From Octopus sinensis (Eukaryota): 64,000 nt of DNA. The stretch is from NCBI RefSeq assembly GCF_006345805.1, contig NC_043003.1, positions 83,638,001 through 83,702,000 on the forward strand, given 5' to 3'. The notes beneath the pieces were generated by a model. It saw nothing but the letters and a program-made list of their open reading frames with translations. It was not told where the DNA came from and searched no databases. The position numbers and the translations under genes are program-made. The stretch's first letter is position 1. Each line of letters begins with the position of its first letter. This document shows positions 1-14,819 of this stretch, piece by piece.

Positions 1-2297
1 AATTGTGAAACTCCAGTTCAAAAGTTCAGGAATTTAGGGGAATATGAAGTTACCCCTTGGTCACAACTACTCCTAAGATCTGCTATAGTCTGGAGTGGTA
101 GTAGCTGTCAGGGGCTCAGTTATGGGTCACATAGCAGAAGATGGTCCTGTGGCTAAGGCATACAAGATTCAGAGGGATGGCCCCTAACTAAGTGTCACAT
201 GGGCTCACCAGTGTGTGGACATATCCTAATGTCACATGAACTAGTCCCTCCATAAAAGGGCTAAATAGGCCTGGTACTTCAAGAGTAAGCTCAGGTAAAT
301 TGAAGATTAGCAGAATAAACAGTATATAAACTGGCAGAAGGCAACAGAAAACCACTGCTCTATTTTACCCAAGAAAATTAACAAATCTCCAGGTTTGACA
401 TCAAGGTCCAGGACTGTTGACACCTGTGGGCATGGCTCATAAACAGAGAAGAATGAACTAAACTGCTCATTTCACAGGTAAATATATTAACCATAGACAC
501 CAAACAATGTTACAGAGAGCTAATCATATTTCTATATTGCAGTCATCTAAATTATAGGATTTCTAATGACACACACACACACCACACACACAAATACTTA
601 TTTTCTTTTTAAGCCTTATACATATTCTAACACTCTTTTTGGCAAACCGCTAAGGTACTGGGACATAAACACACCAACACCAGTTGTCAAGCAGTAGTGG
701 GTGACAAACAGACACAAAGACACACACACACACACACACAAACTAATACTAATATAAAGAATATTTTCAAGATAAAAAGACTTCAGCTGGATTTGAACTC
801 CTAAATTAAAGAGGTTCTTCTAATCAAGAGATCTAGCTCCTGCTTGTCCAGTTTATGGATGTCTCACAAAGCTGCAGCTGACGATGCTTGTGTATTATCT
901 TAAAGCCACAATCTATACAAACCAAATTAGAATATATATTAGCTGGTCTGTAGTGAAACCCCTGTGACCACATCTCAGTCAGTTCAAACTGGACTTAGTG
1001 TTCAGCTGTTTCTCGGTAAAGTGCAAGCTCTTTTGACCTTAATTTAGTCAACACTAAATCAGGTTTCATCAATCTTCTGCTCTAGTTTCTGAATTTTAAG
1101 TCACTGAAAGGCCATTTATTTATACACAAAACCTTATGCTTTGGTTTAATTTCTCAAAATGATTTTCCTTGCTGTTACTGAAGGTAGTTTTATATTGTTT
1201 GTGACATATTCCTCGCATTAATTTTCTGTTAATATCCTTTAGGCATTCATTTACGTGTAGTTATGTCTCACTCATAGTAAAATCATGAATATAAAAACTC
1301 TGAGGAAGAAGAGTTAACAGTCTTAATCAACTGAATGCCTTAGTAAAAATTACAAAAAGTTAACTATCTTTTACTAGTTTTAGTCAATGGACTGAGGCCA
1401 TGCTGGGGCACTGTCATGAAGTGGTTAATCAAACAAAGTGGCCCCACTACACATGTTTTTTTTTCCCCAAAGTTTGTCACCTGTTCTACTGATCTCAAAA
1501 TTACTGACCATAAACTTAAATCTCGGTTAAAAGGACAGTATGTGAAAAACATTTTATCACAATGATAGTTATTATTTTGATATCTATTTTCCCAACTTCA
1601 AAAATGTATGAACAAATCATTCATTGTCTGCTTACAGAATATTATGGCAGTTGTTAGACTGGTTTGTAATCACAATCAAAAGAAATTTTGAAAAAAGAAA
1701 GTTCTAAAATTACTTTTAAAAGCAATGAAAGTGAAATACAACCATCAATAAAGAGAAGTTATTATGCATCGGCAGAGATAAAAATCGGCAAAAATGAAAT
1801 GAAATGAAATAATAATCTTTTCTACCGTGGGCACAAAGCTTGAAATTTTGGAGAAATAGGCTAATTGATAACACTGATCCCAATACTCAACAGGTAAATC
1901 GGCCTAGAAAAGTTGAAAGTCAAAGTTGACTTCATTGGAAATTGAACTCAGAATGTAAAGACAGATGAAAGGCTGCTAAGCATTTTGTCCAGCCTGTTAA
2001 CAATTCTGCCAGTTCACCACCTACATAGTAATAAAAATAATAATAATCCTTTCTAATATAGGCACAAGACCTGACATTTTGAGGGAGGGGACTAGTTGAT
2101 TACATCAACCCCAGTGGTTCACTGGTACTTAATTTATCGATCCTGAAATGATGAAAGGCGAAGTCAATCTTGTATGTGTATATACATACATATACACATA
2201 CACACACACACACATATATATATATATTTATACATACATATACATACATAAATAAAACACATACATACATATATATATATACATACACATATGTATG

Positions 2298-2341
<44 letters not shown>

Positions 2342-2394
2342 TGCATATACATATGCATATATATACACATATACATATGTATATACATATAAAA

Positions 2395-2643
2395 AAATGT
2401 TCCTTCTCAAGCCATGCCAGGCTCATAAGGGCCGGCTTCCCAGTTTCAGTGACGTAGAAATTTCCCACCTAGATGGGATGCCGGCACGTCGCAGGATTAC
2501 TCATTCTTGCCAGCTGAGTGGACTGGAGCAACATGAAATGAAGTGTTTTGCTCAAGAACACAACACATCACCCAGTCCAGGAATCGAAACCACAACCTTA
2601 CGATCATGAGTTCAACACCCTAACCACTAAGCCATGCGCCTCC
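2395..2643 (-). mobile_element. tRNA-derived SINE family E
   Basis: TGGCTTAGTGG and GGTTTCGATTCC boxes; related fragments at 42435-42580 and 59700-59810. Confidence 0.75.
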
Positions 2644-2647
2644 ACAT

Positions 2648-2705
<58 letters not shown>

Positions 2706-2754
2706 ATATATATATATATATTATATATATATATATGTTCCTGCGCCTCCACAT

Positions 2755-2785
<31 letters not shown>

Positions 2786-2901
2786 GTATATATAAAAATT
2801 CAGGGTGAATACTTGATAATTGCAAGCACCTGTATATACCATTTGGTGGTGTAAGTGGTAGAGTATATTAATCAAAATGAAAACATGATGCCAAGGATTC
2901 A

Positions 2902-2979
2902 GCGGTACATATGTTTCGGGCCTTTATTAGACGGATTTATAACAATGCATAATGTGTGTCTATGGCCTTCTTCAGCCGC
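2902..2979 (-). ncRNA. Type-I hammerhead fold in a decayed pLTR-like repeat
   Basis: Minus: GCGG-CTGAAGA-A-GGCC..(TAGAC/GTCTA)..GGCC-C-GAA-ACATATGT-A-CCGC; canonical core, GUA triplet, A-C mismatch at the base of stem II, 4-bp stem I. Confidence 0.65.
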
Positions 2980-5257
2980 GCACAATTACTACTTCAAGGA
3001 CATGTATATCATAAATTCTACGTTGGGGATGCAAATCCTCACAGTTGCGTACGACAGAGTGGGGCACCAGCACAAAAACGAAACGTCCATCCCGTCTTTC
3101 ACTCAATGTAGAATGAGGAAGTTTGGATGTTGAGGTAATATAAATAAATAAATAAATATATAAATACACACAGACATGGAGAAACCCCGGTAATATAAAT
3201 AAATAGAGATAAAGATAAAGGAGCGAGAATTAAGGACCAAAGATAAAAAAATATAAAACTCGGTTAATCTTTACTCGATTACCTTTATGTTTTATTTTAT
3301 TTTTTATTTCTAATTTTTAACTTTATCCTTATTTTTACTTCTATTTTTACCTCTATTTTATCATTTTTTTATCTCTATGTATGTCTATTTTTAGTTCTAT
3401 TTCCTTATATGTTTATTTATGTATCTGTATGTATACGTGTATATGAATATGTATGTGTGTGTGTGTGTATGCCTTTTTATATATATATATATAAGTCTGT
3501 GTATGTATATGTATATACATATATAGACACATATCTATGTGTGTGCGTGTGGGTGTGCATGTGTATATATATATATGTGTGTGTATATTTGTGTGTATAT
3601 ATATACATATATATACGTGTGTGTGTGTGTATATATATATATATATTCATATTCTATTATATTTTCTTACTCTCAGTTTTTTGCACCTTCAGGTTTTTTA
3701 CTTTCATGTCTATCTTTTGTGCCCATTATAATTCCGTAACCTCCACTCATTCTAGCCAGTGCTCAATTTATTGTACCCTATTTTACCTTTATCTTTGTTT
3801 TCTATTTTTCATTTTTTAATTTGCATTCTTATTTTATTTTATTTTATTTTATTTAATTCTCGTTTTTATTTTTATTATTATTTTTTACTTATGTTTTTAC
3901 TTACTTTTGTTCTTATCCCTTCTCAATTTTTTTTCTTTGCCTCTTAATTTCTTCTTTTTGTCTCTTTCTTTTCTGATTTACCCGTGCACCCCTGTAACCT
4001 GCTAATTACCCTACCCACTTATAATGTTATTACAATGGTTTGCAACCATCACGCCACTCTAAGACAGACATTTTGAACATGTGGATCCATCTTGCCTGTG
4101 TGCGGGAATGGATCTACTTGTTATACCTGTGTCTGTGCATATGCATATATGCATATTTTTGTGTATATGCATAGGGATTCACTCCCCCATGTGTGTGGGT
4201 GTGGGCGTGAGTGTGGGTGTATGCATATCTTTGTCCATAAGCATAGAGATTGTTTCCGTATGTATGTGTATAATGAGATATTTATGTATGTGAGCATATA
4301 CGTATATGTATATACATATATACATATGTATATACATATATATATACATATACATATACATATATATATACATATACATATGCATATATATGTGTGTGTG
4401 TTTATACGGATACACACACACATACACGCACACGCGCATATATGTACGTCCACATGTCACAGATGCTTATAACTTAGTATGTTCTATTTCCTTACAAAAA
4501 CATCTGTTTTCTTTGCAGATCAATCAATACTAAACTACTGACTGGAAATTCCTTTGTGTAATTTTAAACTAAATAAACAAAGAAAATGAGAAATTTAAAG
4601 CTTCCAACTTTCTTAGCAAACAACCCCAACTGATACCAAATCATTTCAAATTCTGGCAGGATAAAATGACAAAGATATTTTGAGCAAATAAGAGATAAAT
4701 CATATGCTAGATCTGTGAGAAATAACTGTTAAAATTCCACCTAATTACATGCTAGTATCTTAAGAAAATGAAAGGTAATGTTACATAAAAAAGAGAGATC
4801 ATGAATGAGATGGCTGTGATTTTTCTATGGGTCTATAGATCTGCTTGATTGTGCTTGACACCTGGCTACAAAATAAATACACCAAGAGAATATGTTAGTT
4901 GTTGACTGACATGCTAGAAATAGCAGCCAAATTTTCCTGAAACAACACCTTACAGTTTTATAAAGGGATATAGATCTGGATACATAGTCAGAGAAAATAT
5001 GGGATGGTCATATCTGTATTGACTTTGGGTGTAGTTCCTTTCGATCTGGGCTGACCTGTGACTAAATAACTAGATGCATCATTGGATTTGCGAGAAATAG
5101 CAGCTGATTTACTGTCAATCATAGAAAAAGAATTGGTTAAAGCCAATCCCTTTGATCATGAAGTTATAATGATACTAATTAACTGCAATCAGCTTAGGTG
5201 ACCCAAATCTCTCTTTCTCTTGCTGTCACAACTTACTTTTGAAATTTAACTTTACAA

Positions 5258-5645
5258 TAGGCGGCAGGAGCGGCTGTGTGGTAAGTAGCTTGCTTACCAA
5301 CCACATGCTTCCGGGTTCAGTCTCACTGCATGGCACCTTGGGCAAGTGTCTTCTACTATAGCCTCGGGCCGACCAAAGCCATGTGAGTGGTTTTCGTAAC
5401 GGAAACTGAAAGAAGCCCGTCGTATATGTGTGTGTGTGTCTGTGTTTGTTCTCCCCCAACATTGCTTGACAACTGATGCTGGTGTGTTTATGTCCCCGTA
5501 ATTTAGCAATTCGGCAAAAGAGACCAATAGAATAAGTACTAGGCTTACAAATAATAAGTCCTGAGGTCGATTTGCTCAACTAAAGGCAGTGCTCCAGCAT
5601 GGCCACAGTCAAATGACTGAATCAAGTAAAAGAGTAAAAGAAAAA
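5258..5645 (+). mobile_element. tRNA-derived SINE family A (CORE-like ACCTTGGGCAAGT segment, internal (TG)n)
   Basis: A-box-like GGCTGTGTGG and B-box-like GGGTTCAGTC; many near-identical copies in the window. Confidence 0.85.
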
Positions 5646-6214
5646 GAATAATTCAATACAATTGGTTGTTACTGTTCTTTAACCCTAGGCTGGCCCTAAT
5701 TAGACATATTATGCCCAACTGAAGCATTCCAATAACAACTATCACATTTTACCCATTCATTTGTTTTCTTCTGTTTCTATTGTCCAATATATCATTCCAA
5801 GAATCAGGGTTTCAATTTAATCCTTGGCCTGTCCAAAGCATTTTCATATGTCTGTCCTAAACACTCATGCTTGTTTTCAGACATTTAGCTACCCCTAGTT
5901 TCATATGATGCATGGATGCTAGAGGGGGTTAAAGGAAGAGGGAGAGATTGCATAGAAGTACACTAAGTTGGGTCATTCCAAATGGTCCAAAGTGTAAGGT
6001 CTTCAAATGGAAATAAGCTACGGTAGACAAAGAAATACTTTTTTAAATGGTGCAGTCCATTTTCCAAAAATTGCAGGAATCTCAGTGTCAACAAACTTCC
6101 TTATTACTATTTTACATTCATTTGCGAAACAAAACAAAAATGTATGTATGATATACAGCTGGTCCATCAGAAGTAAGTGTGGAAATGATAACTGCAAGTG
6201 GAGTGATAGGGATT

Positions 6215-7705
6215 GTTGGGCTGATGGGCACTAAGTGTGGTGGTACCAATCTTCAAGGGAAAGGGGGATGCAATAAGTTGTGGGGTGTATAGGAGAGTGA
6301 AGTTATTGGAGCATACAATGAAGATTGTGGAAAAGGTGTCGGAGAGGAGAAATCGGAAAACGGTGGATGTGGATGAGATGCAATTTGGTTTTATGCCAGG
6401 AAAGAGCACAATAGATGCAGTGTTCATTGTAAGGAGATTGCAAGAGGAATACTGAGATAAGGAGAAGGAGTTGTACATGTGCTTCGTTGATCTGAAGAAG
6501 GCATTTGATAGGGTTCCAAGGAAGGTGATTGAGTGGGCATTGATTGAGGAAGAGAGGTGTACTAGAGGTAACAGTGAGGGAAGTAATTAGTTTGAATGAA
6601 AGGGAAAAAAACAAGAGTTAGAGCTGGATTAGAGCTGCCGGAGGAGTTTTCAGTGAAAGTTGGCATGCATTGTTGTTTGCAATAGTGGTTGATGTGGAGA
6701 TACTGTATGCGGATGACCTTGTTCTGATGAGTGAGATGATGGAGGGATTGAGGGAGAAGTTTCGGAAATGGAAGATGTTTGAAAGTAAGGGCTTGAAGGT
6801 AAACCTTAAGAAGACAAAGGTGATGGTGAGCGGGGTGGAAGAAAAAGTATTAGTAAGGTAGATCCATGTGGTGTGTGTGTGTGGGAGGAGGGTAATAGCA
6901 AATGTGGTGTTGTGTAGGAGACATGGGAAATGGATTCATGGTAGAGGTACGAAAATGAAGAAGGTGACCCCAAGACTGGCAAGAGATTTTATTCGTGGAA
7001 GATGAGAGAAAGGAGCTGGAGGGCTAGCGGAACTAGAGGAAATGCTGTGTGATGAGGGGGAAACAGTGAGAGGGTTTCGTTATTTGGGAGATAGGGTGGA
7101 TGTAAGTGAGGGATGTGAAGCAGCTGTGACAGCAAGAGCAAGACTTGGTTGGATGCAGTTCAGGGAATGTGGAGCATTATCATATGGGAAAAGTTTCTCC
7201 TTGAAGTGGAAAAGAAATGTTTATCGGAGTTGCATGAGATCTGCAATGCAGTATGGGAGAAAGCAAAATGGCAATTTTGAGAAGGACCAAGAGAGCAATG
7301 GTGGTAGCAATATGTGATGTAAAACTATTGGATAAAAGGAAGGCTGAGGACTTGATGGGGATGCTGGGGTTAAAGGAATCAGTGGAACATCTGACACAGG
7401 CAAATGGAGTGTGGTGGTATGGACATATTTTGAGGAGGGATGAGGATCATGGTCTGAGGAGAGTGCTTAAGTTTAAAGTGAATGAACAGTGAAAGCAAGG
7501 TTGACCAAAGAAAATGTGGAGGGAACAGGTGAAGGAGGAGATAGGGAGGATTGGCTTGAGGAGGGAGGATTGGCTTGAGGAGGGAGGATTGGCTTGAGGA
7601 GGGAGGAAGCCCAAAACCAGATGAGATGACGAGATGGTGTGAGAGCAGTTGCTGTAAGAGTGAGGTAGATCTGGCCACCACCATTAACAGGGACAAACCC
7701 GGATT
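6215..7705 (+). mobile_element. Decayed RTE-clade LINE, RT and 3' region (5'-truncated)
   Basis: VVPIFKGKGD, QFGFMPGKST, FVDLKKAFDRVPR, LYADDL (6706-6717), FRYLG, WYGHILRR; multiple stops and frameshifts. Confidence 0.92.
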
Positions 7706-7766
7706 TAAGATACTGGAATTCATCATCATCATAATCATTTAACGTCTACCTTCCATGCTGGCATGA

Positions 7767-7798
<32 letters not shown>

Positions 7799-7837
7799 CA
7801 TACATAATTCATATATATACATAATTCTTTTATTCTT

Positions 7838-8026
7838 TTCTTTTACTTGTTTCAGTCATTTGACTGCGCGCCATGCTGGAGCACTGCCTTTAGTCAAACA
7901 AATTGACCCCAGGACTTATTCTTTGTAAGCCTAGTACTTATTCTATTGGTCTCTTTTGCCGAACCACAAAGTTACGGGGACGCAAACACACCAACACAAA
8001 TATATACATACATATATGTATATACG

Positions 8027-8064
<38 letters not shown>

Positions 8065-8225
8065 GATTGGCTTCTTTCAGTTTCTATCTACCAAATCCTT
8101 CACAAGTCTTTGGTTGGTCTGAGGCTATAGTAGGAGACACTTGCCCAAGGTGCCACACACTGGGGCTGAACCCAAAACCATGTGCTTGGGAAGCTAGCTT
8201 CTTGTCACATAGTCACACCAATGCC
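7838..8225 (-). mobile_element. SINE family A
   Basis: Reverse complement of 5258-5645 type. Confidence 0.8.
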
Positions 8226-8562
8226 TATACACATAGACAAATCAAAATAAATGTGTGAGTGATTAATGTTGTCGACCAGTACCAAAGGAATGGTAGACAA
8301 CATTAATTACCCACAAAAGTACCATGTAGTGGGACTGAATTCTAAACTATGCAGTCAAGAGGCAAGCTTCTTACTACACAGCATGCCTTACATATATTTT
8401 CTTACTGCCCAGTGTCCTTGGTTTTTAAAAATTATATATAATGCATAAACAGAGCCTGAAAGATTGCTTTGAAATACATAGTATAGTTTATAAATATGCC
8501 TGTTTAAGTATCATAATAGCATCAAACTATTAGTAGCTCTTTCAATTGTGCATTTAATTTTA

Positions 8563-8965
8563 TAGGCGCAGGAGTGGCTGTGTGGTAATTAGCTTGCTTA
8601 CCAACCACATGGTTCCGGGTTCAGTCCCACTGCGTGGCATCTTGGGCAAGTGTCTTCTGCTATAGCCGACCAATGCTTTGTGAGTGAATTTGGTAGACAG
8701 AAACTGAAAGAAGCCTGTCGTATATATGTATATATATATATATATGTATGTATGTGTATATGTTTGTTCCCCCGAGCATCGCTTGACAACTGATGCTGGT
8801 GTGTTTACGTCCCCGTCACTTAGCGGTTCGGCAAAAGAGACCGATAGAATAAGAAGTACTGGGCTTACAAAGAATATGTCCCGGGGTCGATTTGCTCGAC
8901 TAAAGGCGGTGCTCCAGCATGGCCGCAGTCAAATGACTGAAACAAGTAAAAGAGTAAAAAGAGAG
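8563..8965 (+). mobile_element. SINE family A
   Basis: Full-length match to the family. Confidence 0.85.
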
Positions 8966-9179
8966 TAACCATTATTTACTTTTTTTTGCATCCTTTCTAA
9001 ACATGGTATTTTGAATACGAAACAACTATAAGTCTCCCCTTATATGCTTTGCATTTATATATTTCTAGCCATGCTATATGGTTCAAATAAGTAAAAGAAA
9101 GCACTACAGACCTCCTCACTAGACCTGTCCTACCACAAACCCATTAAGCTAATAACCACAAGACAATGAAATAAAAATA

Positions 9180-9734
9180 TTGGGTTGTCCGGAAAGTTTG
9201 TGCCGATTTTCAAAGGTCAATAAATACTTGTCATTACATTTTTAATCAACTAAATATGAACCTTTTTGTTGCAAAATGCGTCTCCATTTTCCTTTAACTT
9301 GAAAATACCCTCTTCCCAGAATTGAGGTGGTTTCATGGCAAAGAATTTATCAAGGTATCTTTTTTATGTCATCCAGGGAATTGAAATTTTTACCATTAAG
9401 ACTATCCTGCAGAGACCTGAATAAGTGGAAATCCGAAGGAGCAATATCTGGTGAATATGGAGGGTGGAGTAACACATCCAAGCCGAACTGCAGCAATTTT
9501 TGTCTGGTTCTCAAAGCATCAAGTGCCAAGAATGAACTTTCTTATCTTCCATTTTAAAGGGTTACAAAATTAACACAGGTTATAGGAACATAAATCTTCT
9601 TCCATGTAAAGATAGCTTAAACTGTGCTCTAAATGGAAGTGTAGTCAAATCCTATTTTATGGACTCAACTATGTTCTAAAATAAGTTGAAAGGTAAGCTA
9701 CTATAAATCGGCATGAACTTTCCGGACAACCCAA
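9180..9734 (-). mobile_element. Internally deleted mariner (DD34D) element with intact TIRs
   Basis: TA|TTGGGTTGTCCGGAAAGTT..AACTTTCCGGACAACCCAA|TA; minus frame LLHPPYSPDIAPSDFHLFRSLQDSLNGKNF. Confidence 0.92.
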
Positions 9735-11348
9735 TAATTACATGAGCAGGTTAGGATTACGTTCATAAGACTTGTTAGCAACTCAGGCATACCAACACAA
9801 GTAGCAACACACATATGGGGCTTGTAACATTTGTTATTGAAGAAAATAAATATTCTAGCTATGACTGGATCCACTATTCAGATTACTCAGTCAAATGTGT
9901 TGCTTATTTATTCACATTGTTTTGAATTAACCATGCAGCAAGTTCACAGCTTCAAGATTTCGATGATGTGATTTTTTTAGTTTTAGACTGATATTCTATG
10001 GTAAGGTATGAAAGGCCAGACCAGGCCAGTCTGAATATATAACAGGCAGAATATTTTGGCTGGAATGGCCGATTTAAATGCTAAAGTCTTAAAAGCACAA
10101 ATGACTTTGAGCTACTACAAGATCTTTCTCAGGATCGGTCATTCAAAATGTAAGAAACCGCAGCTGTATCTCTCTTAAATCACACAAGACCCAGAGATAA
10201 ATAATTACCACTACCATTGCTGAGACTCTATTCTATGCATGGACAACCTCATACAAGAAGCGAACAGCCACACTACAAAAGAGATTCAAAGTAAATTTTC
10301 ATTAGGCTTAACATTCACAAAGCCCTTCTGGCTACAGTTAGCTGTCACTGGATTTGCTAGAAATAGAAGCCAAATCTTCTCAAATCATGTTCTACTACCA
10401 TCTTCAAAAAGCGATAGACACATTTACTCAGGTAGTCACAGGTACAGCTTCGCAAAGTAATTTTTTGTTCGAAATCAAGGTGAGATAGTCATGGCTAGAA
10501 ACAACTTCAATATTAGGTGTGTTAGACTATTGTTTCCCAGCCTATTTTCCTCCAGGCCCCACTATAACTTTCCAGAAAAATACCCCACCAGTGATTGGAA
10601 AAAAAAGTATAGGTGTAGTATGTTACCTGTGAAAAAAAAGATTTTCACAATTCCATGTCCACTTAGGAAACAAACAAAAAAAGTAAGAAAAAATTTTGGA
10701 TCTTACACCCTACCAGTGAGGCACATGCCCCACATTGGGAATCACTGAGCAAGATGCTAAACGGAAACATGAATTCTCCAAAACACACTTCTTCAAAACA
10801 ATCAGACTTCTTTAAGGATAAATACACAAATAGATAAGCAGATTAAGCAGGACTCGTTAAAATAAATATCGATCTTAAATAATGATGGATTCTCAACCAG
10901 TTAAGGAAAAACCGTTTTTGGGTTGCATCACAAATGTAACTGTAAACACCTCTGGTCAAAGCATTTTAGCTATGACAGACTGGTCATGAACAAACTGCAA
11001 CCCAGAGGACTTACCGATTGGCACACCTAACAAAAAATTAAGTTGAATTTGTTAGTTGTGCACCCAACATAATGATGAGCCATGTTTCAGGTGTCAAGCT
11101 CCTCAAAAAAAATGTTGGCCGTGCCTAGGTTGTACAATATATCCAAATAGTGTCATTTATTAAATTGTTTGTTTTTTGGTCGTTTTGTCTTTTGTTCTTG
11201 CTTTGTTTGTTTTTTAAGATGTTGATTTGGTTGCAGGGCCAAGCATCGCCCTCACCATGTTATTCACAAAACAAGCAAAGATTCAAAATTAACTACCAGA
11301 CAAAAAAAAAAATCTAATTAATAAATTATAAAGAAAAATTAATCTTAC

Positions 11349-11394
11349 CTAAACTCAGAGCTCCCAAAAATAATGAAGTACAAATTATTTGCAT
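11349..11394 (-). CDS. Putative paralogous first coding exon (signal peptide MQIICTSLFLGALSL-G)
   Basis: ATG at 11392-11394, identical 46-nt length and phase, donor AG|GTAAGA, shared 5' context TTCCTC..TGTAAGAAA..ATGCA. Confidence 0.6.
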
Positions 11395-12096
11395 TAGTTT
11401 CTTACAGCGGAGGAAAAACAAGATATAGGCAAGCATGTTCATAACGCTATGGTGTTTTTAAACGAACCTGCATCAAACTAGATATACGTGTGTATGTATG
11501 TATATATATATATATATATATATATAGCAACACTATGTGAGTGTGTGAGTAATCGGAGGGGAATGAACGTATGGGCGTGTACTGTAGGGTGATTTCAAAA
11601 TATGGAGGGAGGTAACTTCTACAAAAAAAATAGGTGTTCCGGCAAAGGCATTCGAGCTGCTAGAAATAGCAGCCAAATTACACTTACTTTCCTTTCATTT
11701 GATTTATTAACGCACTTAGGAAATTCCAATGTATACAAACAAAGCAGACGATTTACGACAAAGGCTAAAATCTCATTCTATCTTCAATTGTAGCCTGACA
11801 CACAAAACACTTTATACATATATATTTATATGTATATATATATATATACATACATACAAATACATGTGTTTATATATATATATATATATATATATATCAT
11901 CATCATCGTTTAGCGTCCGTTTTCCATGCTAGCATGGGTTGGACGGTTCTACTGGGGTCTGTGAAGCCAGAAGGCTTCATCAGGCCCAGTCAAATCTGGC
12001 AGTATTTCTACGGCTGGATGCCCTTCCTAACGTCAACGTATATATATATATATATATATATACATACAAATACATGTGTTTATATATATATATTAT

Positions 12097-12140
<44 letters not shown>

Positions 12141-12226
12141 TACAAATACATACATATATGTATACTTACATACAAATACATACATATATGTGTACTTACA
12201 GACAAATACATACATACAAATGCATT

Positions 12227-12263
<37 letters not shown>

Positions 12264-12370
12264 TGCTAGATCAGACTGGAGCCTGGTGCAGCCTACTGGC
12301 TTCCCAGACTCCGGTCGAACCATCTAACCCATGCTAGCATGGAAAACGGACGTTAAACGATGATGATGAT

Positions 12371-12405
<35 letters not shown>

Positions 12406-12687
12406 CATACAAATATATATTTATATATACATATATATAATATATATATATATACCTACAAATATATATTTATATATACATATATATACATATATATATA
12501 CCTACAAATATATATTATATATATATACAAATACATGTGTTTATATATATATATATATATATAATATATATATATATATAATATATATATATACACATAT
12601 ATACAAATACATACATATATGTATACTTACATACAAATACATACATATATGTGTACTTACAGACAAATACATACATACAAATGCATT

Positions 12688-12724
<37 letters not shown>

Positions 12725-12831
12725 TGCTAGATCAGACTGGAGCCTGGTGCAGCCTACTGGCTTCCCAGACTCCGGTCGAACCATCTAACCCATGCTAGCA
12801 TGGAAAACGGACGCTAAACGATGATGATGAT

Positions 12832-12866
<35 letters not shown>

Positions 12867-13384
12867 CATACAAATATATATTTATATATACATATATATA
12901 CATATATATAAATACCTACAAATATATATTTATATATACATATATATACATATATATATACCTACAAATATATATTTATATATATATACATATATATAAA
13001 TATAGGAAGGGCATCCAGCCGTAGAAACACTGCCAGACTTGACTGGGCCTGATGAAGCCTTCTGGCTTCACAGACCCCAGTAGAACCGTCCAACCCATGC
13101 TAGCATGGAAAACGGACGCTAAACGATGATGATGATGATGATATATATATACAAATATATATATTTCGTTTTGGGATTTGGTTTGCAAGGTTCTTTATGA
13201 GAGTTCGTATGTTGAAGCATATTCTGTTGTGTCTCAGGAGAGTCATTTTCCTTTTGTGCGTTATAATTTAACACACTGACCAGTAAAATTTCTACTTAAT
13301 GAGTGTGTTAAAGTGTAAGGCACAAAAAGGAAATGACCCTCCCCAGACACAACAGTACATACATACATACATATATATATATAA

Positions 13385-13416
<32 letters not shown>

Positions 13417-13457
13417 CACATACATATATATAAATACATACATATATATACATATAT

Positions 13458-13650
13458 ACGTGCAGGTGGCACGTAAAAAGCCCCCACTACACTCACAGAG
13501 TGGTTGGCGTTAGGAAGGGCATCCAGCTGTAGAAACACTGCCAGATCAGACTGGAGCCTGGTGCAGCCTTCTGGCTTCCCAGATCCCCGGTCGAACCGTT
13601 TAACCCATGCTAGCATGGAGAACGGATGTTAAACGATGATGATGATGATA
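13458..13650 (+). mobile_element. Repeat family C with RTE-like (GAT)n tail
   Basis: GGCGTTAGGAAGGGCATCCAGC..CCCATGCTAGCATGG..AAACGATGATGATG; other copies at 11897-12036, 12264-12368, 12722-12830, 13005-13140, 18535-18935 and 19108-19235. Confidence 0.8.
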
Positions 13651-13662
13651 TACATATATATA

Positions 13663-13735
<73 letters not shown>

Positions 13736-14178
13736 ACATATACATACATATATATATACATATACATACATACATATACATACATATATATATACATATA
13801 CATACATACATATACATACATATATATATACATATACATACATATATATATACATACATATATATATATACATATACATACATATACATACATATACATA
13901 TATACATACATATACACATACATATACATATATACATACATATACACATACATATATACATACACATACATATACATATATACATACATATATACATACA
14001 TACATATACATATATACATACATATATACATACATACATATATATATACATATATACATACATACATATATTATACATATATACATACATACATATATAT
14101 ATACATATATACATATATACATATATACATTATACATACATACATATATACATACATACTATATACATACATACATAT

Positions 14179-14268
<90 letters not shown>

Positions 14269-14270
14269 CA
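13650..14270. repeat. Compound (TA)n/(TACA)n microsatellite; representative of many such tracts
   Basis: Similar tracts at about 2170-2390, 11810-13000, 16400-16710, 33422-33736, 39745-40050, 44825-45390, 54305-54450 and 61328-61430; (TCTA)n/(TCTG)n at 46132-46270; (CT)n at 26918-26960 and 32000-32085. Confidence 0.95.
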
Positions 14271-14819
14271 ACACAGTTGCATGGAGAATTACAATTAATG
14301 CATTTTATCAGAGAATACATTTTAAGCATAATTTTAGTGATAAATAACAACATAGTGAAACAACTTGTACGGTCACTTTTGGTCTTTCGTCCCTTATTTG
14401 AATTTGGTCCGAATAACTTACAATATATAATTTTAACCATATATTACCCGTCTGATTTAGTAAATATACAAATGATTTCCCTAATTAAACAGATACAAGT
14501 ATTATTATATATTATTTTTTAACAAATTTGTAATTACTCATCTTTCATATGCAGTATATTAAAACCTCCCCATAGTAATATCACTTTAACCTAAAATAAT
14601 ATATATATATATACACACACACACATACACACATATATATATAAATTCATTCACATTTTTCTTATATATTACATAATTTAACATACAATAGTCAAGTCCC
14701 TATATTAATTTCTGTATTGACTTTTACTATCCTACATACTAATAGTTAACCTTGGATTATTTGTTTGACGTTTTTTTTTAGTTATATATATATTTTTTTT
14801 ATATATATATTTCTGCGTA

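Noticed and set aside
870-915. CTGACGA in a decayed repeat
   Set aside because: No stem II or GAAA can be formed; at most a dead remnant.
8406-8455. Exon-like segment GSVYALYIIFKNQGHWA that would complete the 11349 signal peptide
   Set aside because: It is plausible but short, AT-rich and adjacent to SINE remnants; a chance match cannot be excluded.
13030-13085. CTGATGAAGCC-TTCT-GGCTT motif in family C copies, resembling a hammerhead start
   Set aside because: No GAAA, stem III or NUH follows stem II.
13600-14522. Long ORFs (up to 298 aa) of YI/HT/CV/MYV repeats here and at 2.1, 3.4, 4.1, 12, 16.3, 33.4, 39.7, 44.8, 54.3 and 61.3 kb
   Set aside because: They are translations of stop-free microsatellites, not genes.
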